Below are positions 8,808 to 17,576 of a stretch of 22,533 nucleotides of DNA, piece after piece (the first letter of the stretch is position 1; every line of letters starts with the position of its first letter). The notes below the pieces were generated by a model that was given only the letters and a program-made list of their open reading frames with translations, was not told where the DNA came from and searched no databases. Made by a program: the position numbers and the translations under genes. This DNA is from an uncultured bacterium (GTDB lineage: Bacteria > Lernaellota > Lernaellaia > Lernaellales > Lernaellaceae). Location: NCBI GenBank assembly GCA_964534375.1, contig CAZHPN010000092.1, positions 1 to 22,533 of the forward strand. Direction: 5' to 3'.

Positions 8808-9054
8808 GGGATTTGGGATTCGGGATTCGGGAAGGCCAAACACTCATGGCCACGGACCACTGCTCCCGGGATTCGGGATTCGGGATGGCGAGGGCAGTGG
8901 AAAATGCGGCGCCTGGCAACATCCTGGACCCCCGATCGGCGTCGGGGGTGACGGCCGAAGGCCGCGCCTCGCGCGGCGTCCGGCACAGCCGAGGGCGGCT
9001 GCGAGGCGAGCGGGATTCGGGGTTCGGGTTCCGGGACTCGGGATGGCGAGGGCA
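8808..9054 (+). repeat. Three clusters of GGGATTC-like heptamer tandem repeats
   Basis: GGGATTT-GGGATTC-GGGATTC-GGGA (about 8808-8832), GGGATTC x2 then GGGATGGCGAGGGCA (8868-8896), and a degenerate GGGATTC-GGGGTTC-GGGTTCC-GGGACTC then GGGATGGCGAGGGCA (9012-9054). Confidence 0.85.
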
Positions 9055-9184
9055 AACGTGTGCTCCGCGAATTCTCGCACACCCCCAACCTCGTTCCTCC
9101 GTTGAAAGTGCGGCGCCCGGCAAAACATCCTGGACCCCCGATCGGGGTCGGGGGTGACGGCCGAAGGCCGCGCCTCGCGCGGCG
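8897..9184. repeat. Two copies of an 82/84-nt palindrome-rich (REP-like) element
   Basis: 8897-8978 and 9101-9184 differ by 4 substitutions and one 2-nt indel. Each contains the stems ACCCCCGA/TCGGGGGT, CGGCC-GAA-GGCCG and GCCGCGC-CTC-GCGCGGC. Confidence 0.88.
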
Positions 9185-9306
9185 CCAAAAGCGCCCCTTT
9201 CGGGCCGCGTCCGGCGCAGGGGGCGACCGACGCGTCAGGATTTTCGCGCCCCGCGAGGCAACCCGGGGCCGTTGTCACCGCGTCTCCATACGACCGCCCG
9301 CTCTTG

Positions 9307-9527
9307 GCCCGGGGTTTTCAACTCCGGGCTGTTTCGTTGCGGCCACAGACCGCGCTAAAGCGATTCGGTTATTTTGTTAGCAGTAACCGCCCGTCAACGG
9401 CGCCGAATGTCATTTTGCGCGCCGCGATCGTCGATATATGGCGGCGGCCGACTGGGCAAATTCGGCAAAATTACGAAACAAAGCCAATTTCGCTCGGCCG
9501 GCAATCGCCGGGGCTCAAGCCCGGCGA
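9307..9527. repeat. Pair of related REP-like hairpins
   Basis: GCCCGGGG-TTTTCAA-CTCCGGGC (9307-9329) and TCGCCGGG-GCTCAAG-CCCGGCGA (9505-9527). Confidence 0.5.
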
Positions 9528-9639
9528 CGCCGGGCGCGCCGGCGCATGACTTGCCGCACGTATCTTGCCGCATGTGTCTGGCGGACGTGTTCGCTCTGTG
9601 CGACATTGTGCCCGACGTCTGCAAGAGGGAAGGACCGAT

Positions 9640-10212
9640 ATGCAACCAAATGATCAAGCGATGGCGCCTCGACGCGCAGTTCCGGCCGCCGTCGCGTCTT
9701 CTCTGCTGCCCGTTTTCACGTTGACCGGCTTGATGGTCTTGTCGGGCCTGGTCCGCGCGCGCTTGCCGTTCACCCCCGTGCCGGTGACGTTTCAAACGCT
9801 GGTGGTGCTGCTCGGCAGCGCGCTCTATGGCGCCCGGCGCGGCGCGGCGGCGCAAGGGCTGTATCTGGGCCTCGGCGCGGCGGGCGCGCCGGTCTTCGCC
9901 GGCGGCGCCGGGTTGGCAATGATGGCCGGGCCGACCGGCGGCTACCTGCTCGGCTTCCTGCTCGCGGCGGCGTTGGTCGGCCGCTTGCTGGGCGGGCGTC
10001 CGGCGTCGCTGGCGCGGGTCGGGGCAGTCATGGCGCTGGGCGAGATCGTCATTATGGGAGTCGGCGCGACGTATCTGACGGCGCTGGGTTTTTCGCCCGG
10101 CCCCGCCTTCGCGCTGGGCGTGGCGCCGTTCATTCTTTGGGATGCGGTAAAGGTGTTTGTCGCGACGACATCGTATCGGTTGATAGTCGGGCGCGCAGAG
10201 TCTAACGGCTAA
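9640..10212 (+). CDS. bioY: Biotin transporter BioY (ECF S component)
   Basis: LPFTPVPVTFQTLVVLL, YL.LGAAGAPVFAGG, GPTGGYLLGF and PFI.WD.VK motifs; hydrophobic throughout. ATG 9640 follows GAGGGAAGGA. Confidence 0.95.
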   Translation: MQPNDQAMAPRRAVPAAVASSLLPVFTLTGLMVLSGLVRARLPFTPVPVTFQTLVVLLGSALYGARRGAAAQGLYLGLGAAGAPVFAGGAGLAMMAGPTGGYLLGFLLAAALVGRLLGGRPASLARVGAVMALGEIVIMGVGATYLTALGFSPGPAFALGVAPFILWDAVKVFVATTSYRLIVGRAESNG

Positions 10213-10239
10213 GAACGGCTTCCGGCTTCCCCGAACGCC

Positions 10240-11277
10240 TTACTTCGCGAACGCTTCGAGATTCACGTGCTTGAGCGCCAGGTTCTTGAGCACGTCGATC
10301 TTGGCCGCGGCGTCGATGGTCAACAGCGGCTCGATCTGGCTGATCTTCTCGACCGTCGTGAAGGTGTCCCACGGCACGAGCAGCACCGGCACCTGCGCCT
10401 CGGACGCCTTGGACAAGATGTTGCCCGGCGGCAGCAGGTTGTTGGTGAGCACGATGCACGCGGCGTGGACTTCCAGCGCAGCGAGGATCATGTCGCTGCG
10501 GTCGCCGCTGGTGATGAACAGCTTGTTCTCGCGTTCGAACATCGGGTGATCCATCGCCGCCGACACGGACATCGCGCCGAGGAAGATGCTCTCCACCGCG
10601 CGGTCCATGCCCAGCTCGCCCGCGACCACGCGGGCGAACAGCCGCTCGACGAGGAACTTCACCGGCAACGTCTTCAGTTGCTGCTCCAGCGGCACGATGC
10701 CGAGAATCGGAATCCCGGTCGCTTCGATTTCTTCGCCGTAGGCGCGCGTGAAGTCTTCGAGGTCGCGGACCTTGTTGACGATCACGCCGACCAGGTTGGC
10801 GCCTTCGTCGTCGATGTAGTTCTTGAAAAAGTGGATCTCGTCCATCATCGAGCCTTCGTCGCCGCCGACCACCAGCACCAGCGACCCGTCGATGTACTTG
10901 GTGAGCGAAATCGGGTCGAGATGCACCGACGAGCCGAAGGCCAGGTTGTTGCCGGCCTCGATGAAGACCACGTCGCGACCGGCGCCGGCCGCGGCGACCA
11001 TTTCGTTGATTTTGGTCTTGGTCGCCTCGCGGTCGTACATGTAGCGGAGCTTGGCGTGCTCGAAGCCGATCGTGATGTCCTCCGGCTTCGTGTCGAGTTT
11101 CCACAGCGAGACGAACAGCGCCGCGTCGTGGTCCCAGAGCCGTTTCTTGCGGTAGAGCAAGCGGTCGCCGATGGGTTTGATGTAGCCGTATTTGCCGCCG
11201 AGGGCCGCCGCGATCCCCACGATCAAGCCGGTCTTTCCCGCGCTTTTCTCGGTCGAGGCAACAACGAGCTTTTTCAT
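10240..11277 (-). CDS. Phosphotransacetylase N-terminal-like protein (BioD-like P-loop + DRTGG domain)
   Basis: ASTEKSAGKT P-loop, GYIKPIG, VFIEAG, GVIVNKV, LGAM and ITSGDRSDMILAAL motifs; no PTA_PTB catalytic domain. ATGA overlap with the upstream ligase. Confidence 0.88.
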   Translation of the reverse strand: MKKLVVASTEKSAGKTGLIVGIAAALGGKYGYIKPIGDRLLYRKKRLWDHDAALFVSLWKLDTKPEDITIGFEHAKLRYMYDREATKTKINEMVAAAGAGRDVVFIEAGNNLAFGSSVHLDPISLTKYIDGSLVLVVGGDEGSMMDEIHFFKNYIDDEGANLVGVIVNKVRDLEDFTRAYGEEIEATGIPILGIVPLEQQLKTLPVKFLVERLFARVVAGELGMDRAVESIFLGAMSVSAAMDHPMFERENKLFITSGDRSDMILAALEVHAACIVLTNNLLPPGNILSKASEAQVPVLLVPWDTFTTVEKISQIEPLLTIDAAAKIDVLKNLALKHVNLEAFAK

Positions 11278-13421
11278 GCCAAGGCTCCTTTTGCAGGATG
11301 GCGAAGCAGGATGCGGGCATCGACTGCCTTTACGCCCATCCCCTGGTCGTAAACCACCAACGGGTTAATTTCAATATCGCTGATTTCGTCGAAGGATTTC
11401 AAAATGGCGCCGACGCGCAAGATGGCGTCAAGCAAGGTTTCGATGTCTTTCTGACTCTCGCCGCGGACGCCCAACAGCAAGGGATAGGATTTGATCTCCT
11501 TGACCATGCGCCGCGCCTCGTTGCGCGACAGCGGCAACGCCCGGAACGAGACGTCCTTCATCACCTCGACGTAGATGCCGCCCAGGCCGAACATGACGAT
11601 CGGGCCGAAGGAGCCGTCGCGCCGCGCGCCGATGATCGTCTCGGTGCCCTTCGCCACCTGCTCGACGACCTCGACGCCTTCGAGCGCCGCTTTCGGGTTG
11701 TGCTCGCGGCAGTTGTGCATGATCGCCTCGAAGGCGTCCATCACCTCGGCTTTGTTGTCGAGGTCGAGCGCGATGCCGCCGGCGTCGCTCTTGTGGATGA
11801 TGTCTTTGGAGACGATCTTCATCACCACCGGATAGCCGATCTGCTCGGCGGCTTTCACGGCCTGGTCCAGGTTGCGCGCGACGATGCTCTGCGGCATCGA
11901 CACGCCCGCCGCCAGCATCAGCGCGTGCGCTTCGTGCGCCAGCAGGAAGCGGCGGCCGTCGGCCCGGACGCCGTCCAGAATCGCCGTCATCGCCGCACGA
12001 TCGAACGTCGCGGCCAAATCGGCGATGACGCCGGCGTCGCCCCAGTCGATCTTGCGGTTGCGCATGACCTGGTAGGCGGCGCCGACGCACGCGACCGCCT
12101 CATAGACGTCGTAGAAGATCGGCTTCCCTTCGCCTTTCAATTGATAGATCGCGTCCTCGATCTGCGGCCCGCCGAAAAAGGAGAAGACCACCGGCTTGGT
12201 CATGTGGTTGGCCAACGCCTTGTTGATCGTCGCCGGCAGGCTCTGGGCGTCGAGCACCGCGGTCTGGCAGCCCAGGACGATGAGCGAGTGCACGTTGTCG
12301 TGTTGCAGCGCCGCGGCGATCGAGTTGTCGTAATCTTGAATGAGCGCCTGGCCGGTGATGTCGACCGGGTTCTTGTACGACCCGAACGCCGGCACGGAAT
12401 CCGCGAAGATCCGCTCCATCTCGCCAACGTTGTCCCACAAATTGACTTCGTACTTTTCGCAGGCGTCCGTCGCCAGGACGCCGATGCCGCCGCCGTTGGT
12501 GAGGATCACCGTATTCTCGCCGGCGGGCAGCGGCGATTTTTCGAGGAACTTGCACCAGTTGAGCGCCTCGATCAGGTTCTCGGCGCGCTGCACGCCGCAC
12601 TGCCGCATGATGGCCGAGAAGACGTCGTCGGCGCCGGCGAGCGAGCCGGTGTGCGAGGCCGCCGCCATGGCGCCGCGTTTGGAACGGCCGGATTTCAGGA
12701 CGATGACCGGTTTCTTTTTCACCGCGTCGGGCAGGATTTGCACCAGCTTTTCGCCGTCTTTGACGCCCTCGATGTACATGAGAATGACTTTGGTCCGTTC
12801 GTCGTCCACGAGGTAGGTCAGCAGGTCGGCTTCGTCGACGTCGCACTTGTTGCCGACCGACACCACGGCGGACAGGCCGATCTTCTCGGTTTTCGTCTTG
12901 CCCATCATCGCGATGCCGAGCGCGCCGCTTTGGGTGATGATCGCCACGCCGCCGGGCTCGACGTCGCGCGGCCCGAAGCTGGCGTTGCACGAGGCCGCGG
13001 CGGTGTAGACGCCGAAGATGATGGGCCCGGTGATGCGCATGCCGTATTCGCGGGCGATCGCCACGAGACGATTTTCCTCCTCGAGATTGCCGACTTCGGA
13101 GAATCCCGAGGTGATGATCGCCAGGTGCTTGGCGCCGATGCGGCCGCACTCTTCGACGGCGGCTGCGCACAACTTGGCCGGAATCGCGATGCAGACCAGA
13201 TCGACGCCGCCGCGAATCTCGCTCAGGCTCTTCAGGGCCGGGATGCCGAGAATGTCGCCGCCTTTTGGGTTGATGGGGTAAATCACACCCGGATAATGGC
13301 ACGCGACCAGGTTTTGCATGATCTTGCTGCCGATTTTTTCCGGGATCGCCGAGGCGCCCACGACCGCGACCGAACGCGGCTGAAACAGCAGGTTGATCGG
13401 AGCTTGTTGGTGATTCATCAT
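11274..13421 (-). CDS. ADP-forming acetate/acyl-CoA ligase, fused alpha-beta (ACD family)
   Basis: PRSVAVVGAS..KIG CoA-binding fold, ITSGFSEVG, QSGALG, SVGNKCDV, AASHTGSLAG (phospho-His), TNGGGIGV..D, NPVD; ATP-grasp part with GYPVVMK and IIHKSDAGG; FGLGGIYVE and EINPL. Confidence 0.93.
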   Translation of the reverse strand: MMNHQQAPINLLFQPRSVAVVGASAIPEKIGSKIMQNLVACHYPGVIYPINPKGGDILGIPALKSLSEIRGGVDLVCIAIPAKLCAAAVEECGRIGAKHLAIITSGFSEVGNLEEENRLVAIAREYGMRITGPIIFGVYTAAASCNASFGPRDVEPGGVAIITQSGALGIAMMGKTKTEKIGLSAVVSVGNKCDVDEADLLTYLVDDERTKVILMYIEGVKDGEKLVQILPDAVKKKPVIVLKSGRSKRGAMAAASHTGSLAGADDVFSAIMRQCGVQRAENLIEALNWCKFLEKSPLPAGENTVILTNGGGIGVLATDACEKYEVNLWDNVGEMERIFADSVPAFGSYKNPVDITGQALIQDYDNSIAAALQHDNVHSLIVLGCQTAVLDAQSLPATINKALANHMTKPVVFSFFGGPQIEDAIYQLKGEGKPIFYDVYEAVACVGAAYQVMRNRKIDWGDAGVIADLAATFDRAAMTAILDGVRADGRRFLLAHEAHALMLAAGVSMPQSIVARNLDQAVKAAEQIGYPVVMKIVSKDIIHKSDAGGIALDLDNKAEVMDAFEAIMHNCREHNPKAALEGVEVVEQVAKGTETIIGARRDGSFGPIVMFGLGGIYVEVMKDVSFRALPLSRNEARRMVKEIKSYPLLLGVRGESQKDIETLLDAILRVGAILKSFDEISDIEINPLVVYDQGMGVKAVDARILLRHPAKGALA

Positions 13422-15322
13422 TGTTTCCTGAACGTCATGCGTAGTTCGTAAACGCCTTCCGCGACGGATTTGTTCATGTCAAAACCCGCCTTTTCGAAGA
13501 GGCGCAACATGGGCCGATTTTCGACGAGCACTTCGGCCGTGAAGCCCAAGAGGCCTTGTTTCTTGGCGAGGAACGTCAGGTAGGTCAGCAATTCCGTGCC
13601 GATGCCCCGGTTCTGATATTCGTCGCGCACGACAAACGACACTTCGGCGGTGTGCGCCAACTCTTCGATGCAGTATTGGCCGACGCCGACCAGCACATCG
13701 CGGTCTTTGCGTTCCGGGTCGAGGGCCAGCAGCACGATCTCGCGCGTGTGGTCGATGATGACGAATTCCTGCAGCCGTTCGTGCGGCATATCCTTGCGCA
13801 CCGAAATGAAGCGCCGGTAGAGGCTGTTGTCGGAGAGGTCGTAGAAGAAGTCTTTCAAGAGCGATTCGTCGCTGATCTTCACCGGCCGGATGAACAATTC
13901 CAGCCCCTTGGGCGTCACGCGATAGGCTTCCAGTTCCTGCGGATACTCGCCGCGTTTGCCGGGGATGAACGCCTGGTCTTTGTAGATCAGGTTGTGCGCC
14001 TTGGCCTCTTTGATCAGCCACGAACGGAATTTCGGATGCGCAATGGCGGTCAGCGCCATCGCGCGGTCGCGGACGTTTTTGCCGTGCAGGTAGGCGATGC
14101 CGTACTCGGTGACCACATAGTGCACGTCGCCGCGGTTCAGCGTCGCGCCCGAACCTTCGCTGAGGAACGGCACGATGCGCGAGACCTCGCCGTTCTTGGC
14201 GGTCGACGGCATGGTCAGGATCGAGCGGCCGTTTTTTGAGAGCACCGCGCCGCGCATGAAGTCGGCCTGGCCGCCGATGCCGCTGTAGAATTGGCTGCCG
14301 ATGGATTCGGCCGTCGCCTGGCCGGTCAGATCGATCGACAAGGCGCTGTTGATCGCCACCATGTTGTCGTGCTGGGCGATGATCATCGGGTCGTTGGTGT
14401 AATCGATCGTGCGGAACTGGATCGACGGATTTTCGTGGACAAACTGGTAGGTTTGCGCGGTGCCCATGCAGAACGTCACGATCGACTGGCCACGGTTGAT
14501 CGTCTTGCACGAGTTGTCGATGACGCCCTTCTCCATCAGCGACACCAGGCCGTCGCTGATCAACTCGGTGTGGATGCCCAGGTGCTTGCGGTCGGCGAGC
14601 GCGGCGATGATCGCGTTGGGCGTCGCGCCGTAGCCGACCTGGATGGTGTCGCAGTCCTGCACGAGGCGCGCGACGTGATTGCCGATTTGGCGCATCACGT
14701 CGTCATCCGCCTCGGTCTGGTAGACCAGCACCGGCTCGTCGAACGGCACAAGGTAATCGACTTCTTCAATGTGCACGAAGCCGTCGCCGTGCACGCGCGG
14801 CATGAAGCGGTTCACCTGCGCGATCACCAACTTGGCCTTCTCGGTCGCCGCCTTCACGATGTCGACGCTGACGCCCAGGCTGACGTAGCCGTGCGCGTCG
14901 GGCGGCGAAACTTGGATCAGCGCGGCGTCGACTTCGACCAGACCGCGGTAGAACAACGCCGGAACCTGCGACAGGAAAATCGGCGTGTAGTCGGCCATTC
15001 CTTGATTCACCGCGCCGCGCGAGGCGTCGCCGATGAAAAAAGAGTTGTGGCGGAAGTTGGCCTTGTAGATCGGCTCGGTGTAGGGCGAAACGCCCATCGT
15101 CCAGACCTGAAAGACCTCGGCGTCGAACAACGTCTTCGGATGCGATTTGACGAAATCGGCCAATTCGCGAACCAGATGCTGCGGCTCGCCGCAGGCCGTG
15201 CCGATGAAGATCTTGGCGCCGCGGTGCAGCTTGGCGAAGATGTTTTCGATCGGCAGGAACTTGCCCGGGTATTTTTGGCGCATCGTGTCCAAATACTCGG
15301 GTTGGCGTTTCTCGACATTCAT
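13418..15322 (-). CDS. Acetyl-CoA hydrolase / 4-hydroxybutyrate CoA-transferase family protein fused to a C-terminal GNAT acetyltransferase
   Basis: CGEPQHL, ADYTPIFLS, QVSPPD.HGY.SLG.SVD, LGIHTE (catalytic Glu), YSGIGGQADFMRGA, YVVTEYGIA and IAHP.FR motifs. These are followed by a GNAT region (IRPV..SD, AEVSFVVRDEYQNRGIGT, N.PM..LFEK.GF). Confidence 0.93.
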   Translation of the reverse strand: MNVEKRQPEYLDTMRQKYPGKFLPIENIFAKLHRGAKIFIGTACGEPQHLVRELADFVKSHPKTLFDAEVFQVWTMGVSPYTEPIYKANFRHNSFFIGDASRGAVNQGMADYTPIFLSQVPALFYRGLVEVDAALIQVSPPDAHGYVSLGVSVDIVKAATEKAKLVIAQVNRFMPRVHGDGFVHIEEVDYLVPFDEPVLVYQTEADDDVMRQIGNHVARLVQDCDTIQVGYGATPNAIIAALADRKHLGIHTELISDGLVSLMEKGVIDNSCKTINRGQSIVTFCMGTAQTYQFVHENPSIQFRTIDYTNDPMIIAQHDNMVAINSALSIDLTGQATAESIGSQFYSGIGGQADFMRGAVLSKNGRSILTMPSTAKNGEVSRIVPFLSEGSGATLNRGDVHYVVTEYGIAYLHGKNVRDRAMALTAIAHPKFRSWLIKEAKAHNLIYKDQAFIPGKRGEYPQELEAYRVTPKGLELFIRPVKISDESLLKDFFYDLSDNSLYRRFISVRKDMPHERLQEFVIIDHTREIVLLALDPERKDRDVLVGVGQYCIEELAHTAEVSFVVRDEYQNRGIGTELLTYLTFLAKKQGLLGFTAEVLVENRPMLRLFEKAGFDMNKSVAEGVYELRMTFRKQ

Positions 15323-15395
15323 CGAACGCTCCTGACCTGCCGGTCCAACCCGTTTTTCCCGCGCCCATCAGCCTGCATCTGGCTTGCGGTTTGAC

Positions 15396-15424
15396 GGTTT
15401 AATGAAAAGAGCAACGGATGTCAA
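15396..15424 (-). promoter_or_regulatory. Candidate sigma70 promoter of the CoA-transferase operon
   Basis: TTGACA (15424-15419), 17 nt, TAAACC (weak -10). An opposite-facing TTGAC at 15391 forms an inverted pair with it. Confidence 0.45.
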
Positions 15425-15589
15425 CCGGAAACGGAGACCGGCAAAAATCAGTTCCCGGGGCCGCAGTTCATGCAAGCATGTCGCCGTAATCGCTGGATTG
15501 TACGAAATAATGAGCCGCTGTGCAATTTTTCTTTAACTCTCAAAATACCATATCGATCAGTGCCCGCGCTTTTCCGCCGCGGACGGTTG

Positions 15590-15655
15590 CGCCGCCGCCT
15601 TCCCGAAGGCCGGCCGCGGAAAAAGGACGAAAACCGGTGGCTCTCCCTGGTTTCC
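15590..15655 (+). mobile_element. Right-end remnant of a REP-associated tyrosine (Y1) transposase element
   Basis: CCGAAGGCCGGCCGCGGAAAAAGGACGAAAACCGGTGGCTCTCCCTGGTTTCC is closely similar to 19534-19586, and both encode EGRPRKKDENR. Confidence 0.75.
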
Positions 15656-16513
15656 TTCATTAGCCATGGCTCCGGAATCGCACCCTTCTCCCCGGCCACG
15701 CGACATCAGAGGGATTGGGCCGGGACCAGCTCCCCCAACCTTGCCCACGCGATCGCAGGTCGCGGTTTTGACGTGGTTGTTTTCGATTCCTGCCAAATGC
15801 AGATGGCTGAGGTCGCCTACGATTTTTTCAACGCCGGGGTTTCCTTCATGGTGGGTTCCGAAGCCGATACGCATGCGCTTTCGATCCCATACCACACGAT
15901 TCTGAATGATCTCCTGGGGAACTACCAATCGTATGGGGGCCGCGACTTCGCGGAGTTGATCGTCAACGATACAACATGGTCGAGTCCGGTGCCACGGTTA
16001 GTGGATGAAAATCTGCCGACGGGAAGCGACTATTCCGCCGTTGACCTAGCACTAATTGGGCAACTCGCAAGAAGCGTAAACTCCTTAGCTGCCGAGTTAA
16101 TCGGCATTCCAAATTTCGCGCAGCCCGGCAATCCCGTTTATGAGGCCTGGTTCAACACGGGGCAATTTGGATTGTCGTCGTGCATCGACATAGTCGCTTT
16201 CGCCCAAAACATCGTCTACCAGTTCCAGGGCGCTGGCGGCGACGACGACGACGGCTCGACCAACCAATACGCAACCATCGCGGCAGACGCTCAGGGGATC
16301 GAGTCCGCCGTGACTCAGGACGGCAACTCCAGCGGCCAAAGCTGCGTAGTAATCGACTATAATAACCCGAACCCCGCGGCGACACAAAACTACGGCATCG
16401 CTATTCATGGTTCCAGCGGCGGCGTCTCTCAGGAAGTCTACGACGCCACGTCCTTCGCCACAACCGCGGCGCCGAATTGGGCAACATTTATCTACGGCAT
16501 CTCGGGGAATTAG
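15656..16513 (+). pseudogene. Clostripain-family (peptidase C11) catalytic domain lacking its native N-terminus
   Basis: His motif ISHGSG, Cys motif FDVVVFDSCQMQMAEVAY, MVGSE, SAVDL, IDI..FA and W..FI near the end. Upstream of 15656 the frame (open from ATG 15470) is transposase-tail or unrelated sequence with no signal peptide. Confidence 0.7.
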
Positions 16514-16608
16514 CTTTCTTCTCCCCCGTCCGGTCGTTGTTTGTCGAGATTGGCGCGCGTGTCGCGCCCGCAACTGTGACATCATCGGGAATCCGCTCGC
16601 CTCGAATG

Positions 16609-17475
16609 TCAATTAAACTCGCGCACGCAACGGAATCCTAAATCTTCCAAGACATCATCCGGCCCGCAGCAGTCCCTGGCTGAAGCGCGAGTCGCGGGGT
16701 AACCGAAATCCCATGCGACGCCCCGCACGGCCCGCGCAATGCCGGTGTCCGGACCTTGCGGATCATTGGTCGGTGAGACCGAGTAGTAATCGATACTGTA
16801 CCAATCGCCAAGCCAGGCTTGGACGTCGCCAAACATGTCGCAAAGCCCCCAGGCGTTGGCGCTTTTCCGGCAAACGGCATGCGTCGTTTCCTGCGAATTA
16901 TCCGAAGTCCAGGCAATTTCGTCCATGCATGTGGGGTCATCGCCGCAATAGAAAATCGTCGTTGTTCCGGCTCGCGCCGTGTATTCCCATTCGGCTTCGG
17001 TCGGCAAGCGGCCGCCGACGGCGTCGCAGAAGGCCCGGGCGTCGAACCACGTGACTCGCTCGACCGGACAGTCGGGTCCGCAAGAGGTGAAGTAGCTCGG
17101 ATTATTGCCCATCACCTGTTCATATTGGCTTTGCGTAACGTCCGTCTTGGTCATCTGAAACGCCGAAAGCGTTACGAGATGGCGCGGGCGTTCGTCTGGA
17201 TAGAGGGGCGGCTGACATGCGGGGTCCTGCGGAACGCACCCCATTTCGAAACTGCCGGCGGGAATCGGAATCCAGTCCAGGCCGGCGACATCGTCGTTGT
17301 CATTATCGTCGTCGTTGTCATCGTCATCCGCCGGCCAGCCGTCGTCATCGACCGCGGGCGAAGTGTCGTCGTCCGAGGACTGCCGCGTGGCGGCGGCGCC
17401 GCCGCCGCACGCGAGAAAGAAAATTACGCTGAGGAAACCGCCAATGGCCGAGACGAGCACAATCCGCCGCTTCAT
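16609..17475 (-). CDS. Lipoprotein with Asp-rich linker and FGE-sulfatase (SUMF1/EgtB/PvdO) domain, 288 aa
   Basis: ATG 17475 follows GAGGGGG. Signal MKRRIVLV...FFLAC, DDD linker, then IPAGSFEMG, E.P.H.V.L..F, PVE.VTW.DA..FC, RLPTEAEWEY, N.WGL.DM.G and LGFRCVR. Confidence 0.92.
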   Translation of the reverse strand: MKRRIVLVSAIGGFLSVIFFLACGGGAAATRQSSDDDTSPAVDDDGWPADDDDNDDDNDNDDVAGLDWIPIPAGSFEMGCVPQDPACQPPLYPDERPRHLVTLSAFQMTKTDVTQSQYEQVMGNNPSYFTSCGPDCPVERVTWFDARAFCDAVGGRLPTEAEWEYTARAGTTTIFYCGDDPTCMDEIAWTSDNSQETTHAVCRKSANAWGLCDMFGDVQAWLGDWYSIDYYSVSPTNDPQGPDTGIARAVRGVAWDFGYPATRASARDCCGPDDVLEDLGFRCVREFN

Positions 17476-17576
17476 TCGCGTCCCCCTCAAAAAACAGGTG
17501 CCTCTTCCATCGCCTCTCGCGAAGTCATTCGCCGCTCCGAGAAAGAACTTGAACGAACACCACATGAAATCGCGGC

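Noticed and set aside
8531..9549. Overlapping 100-185 aa ORFs between cas3 and bioY
   Set aside because: They are translations of the heptamer and palindromic repeats (RIPNPES-type), with no RBS or domain signal.
15927..15938. 12-nt match (AATCGTATGGGG) between spacer 15-48 and the clostripain-like gene
   Set aside because: Flanks do not match and the seed is unpaired; consistent with chance.
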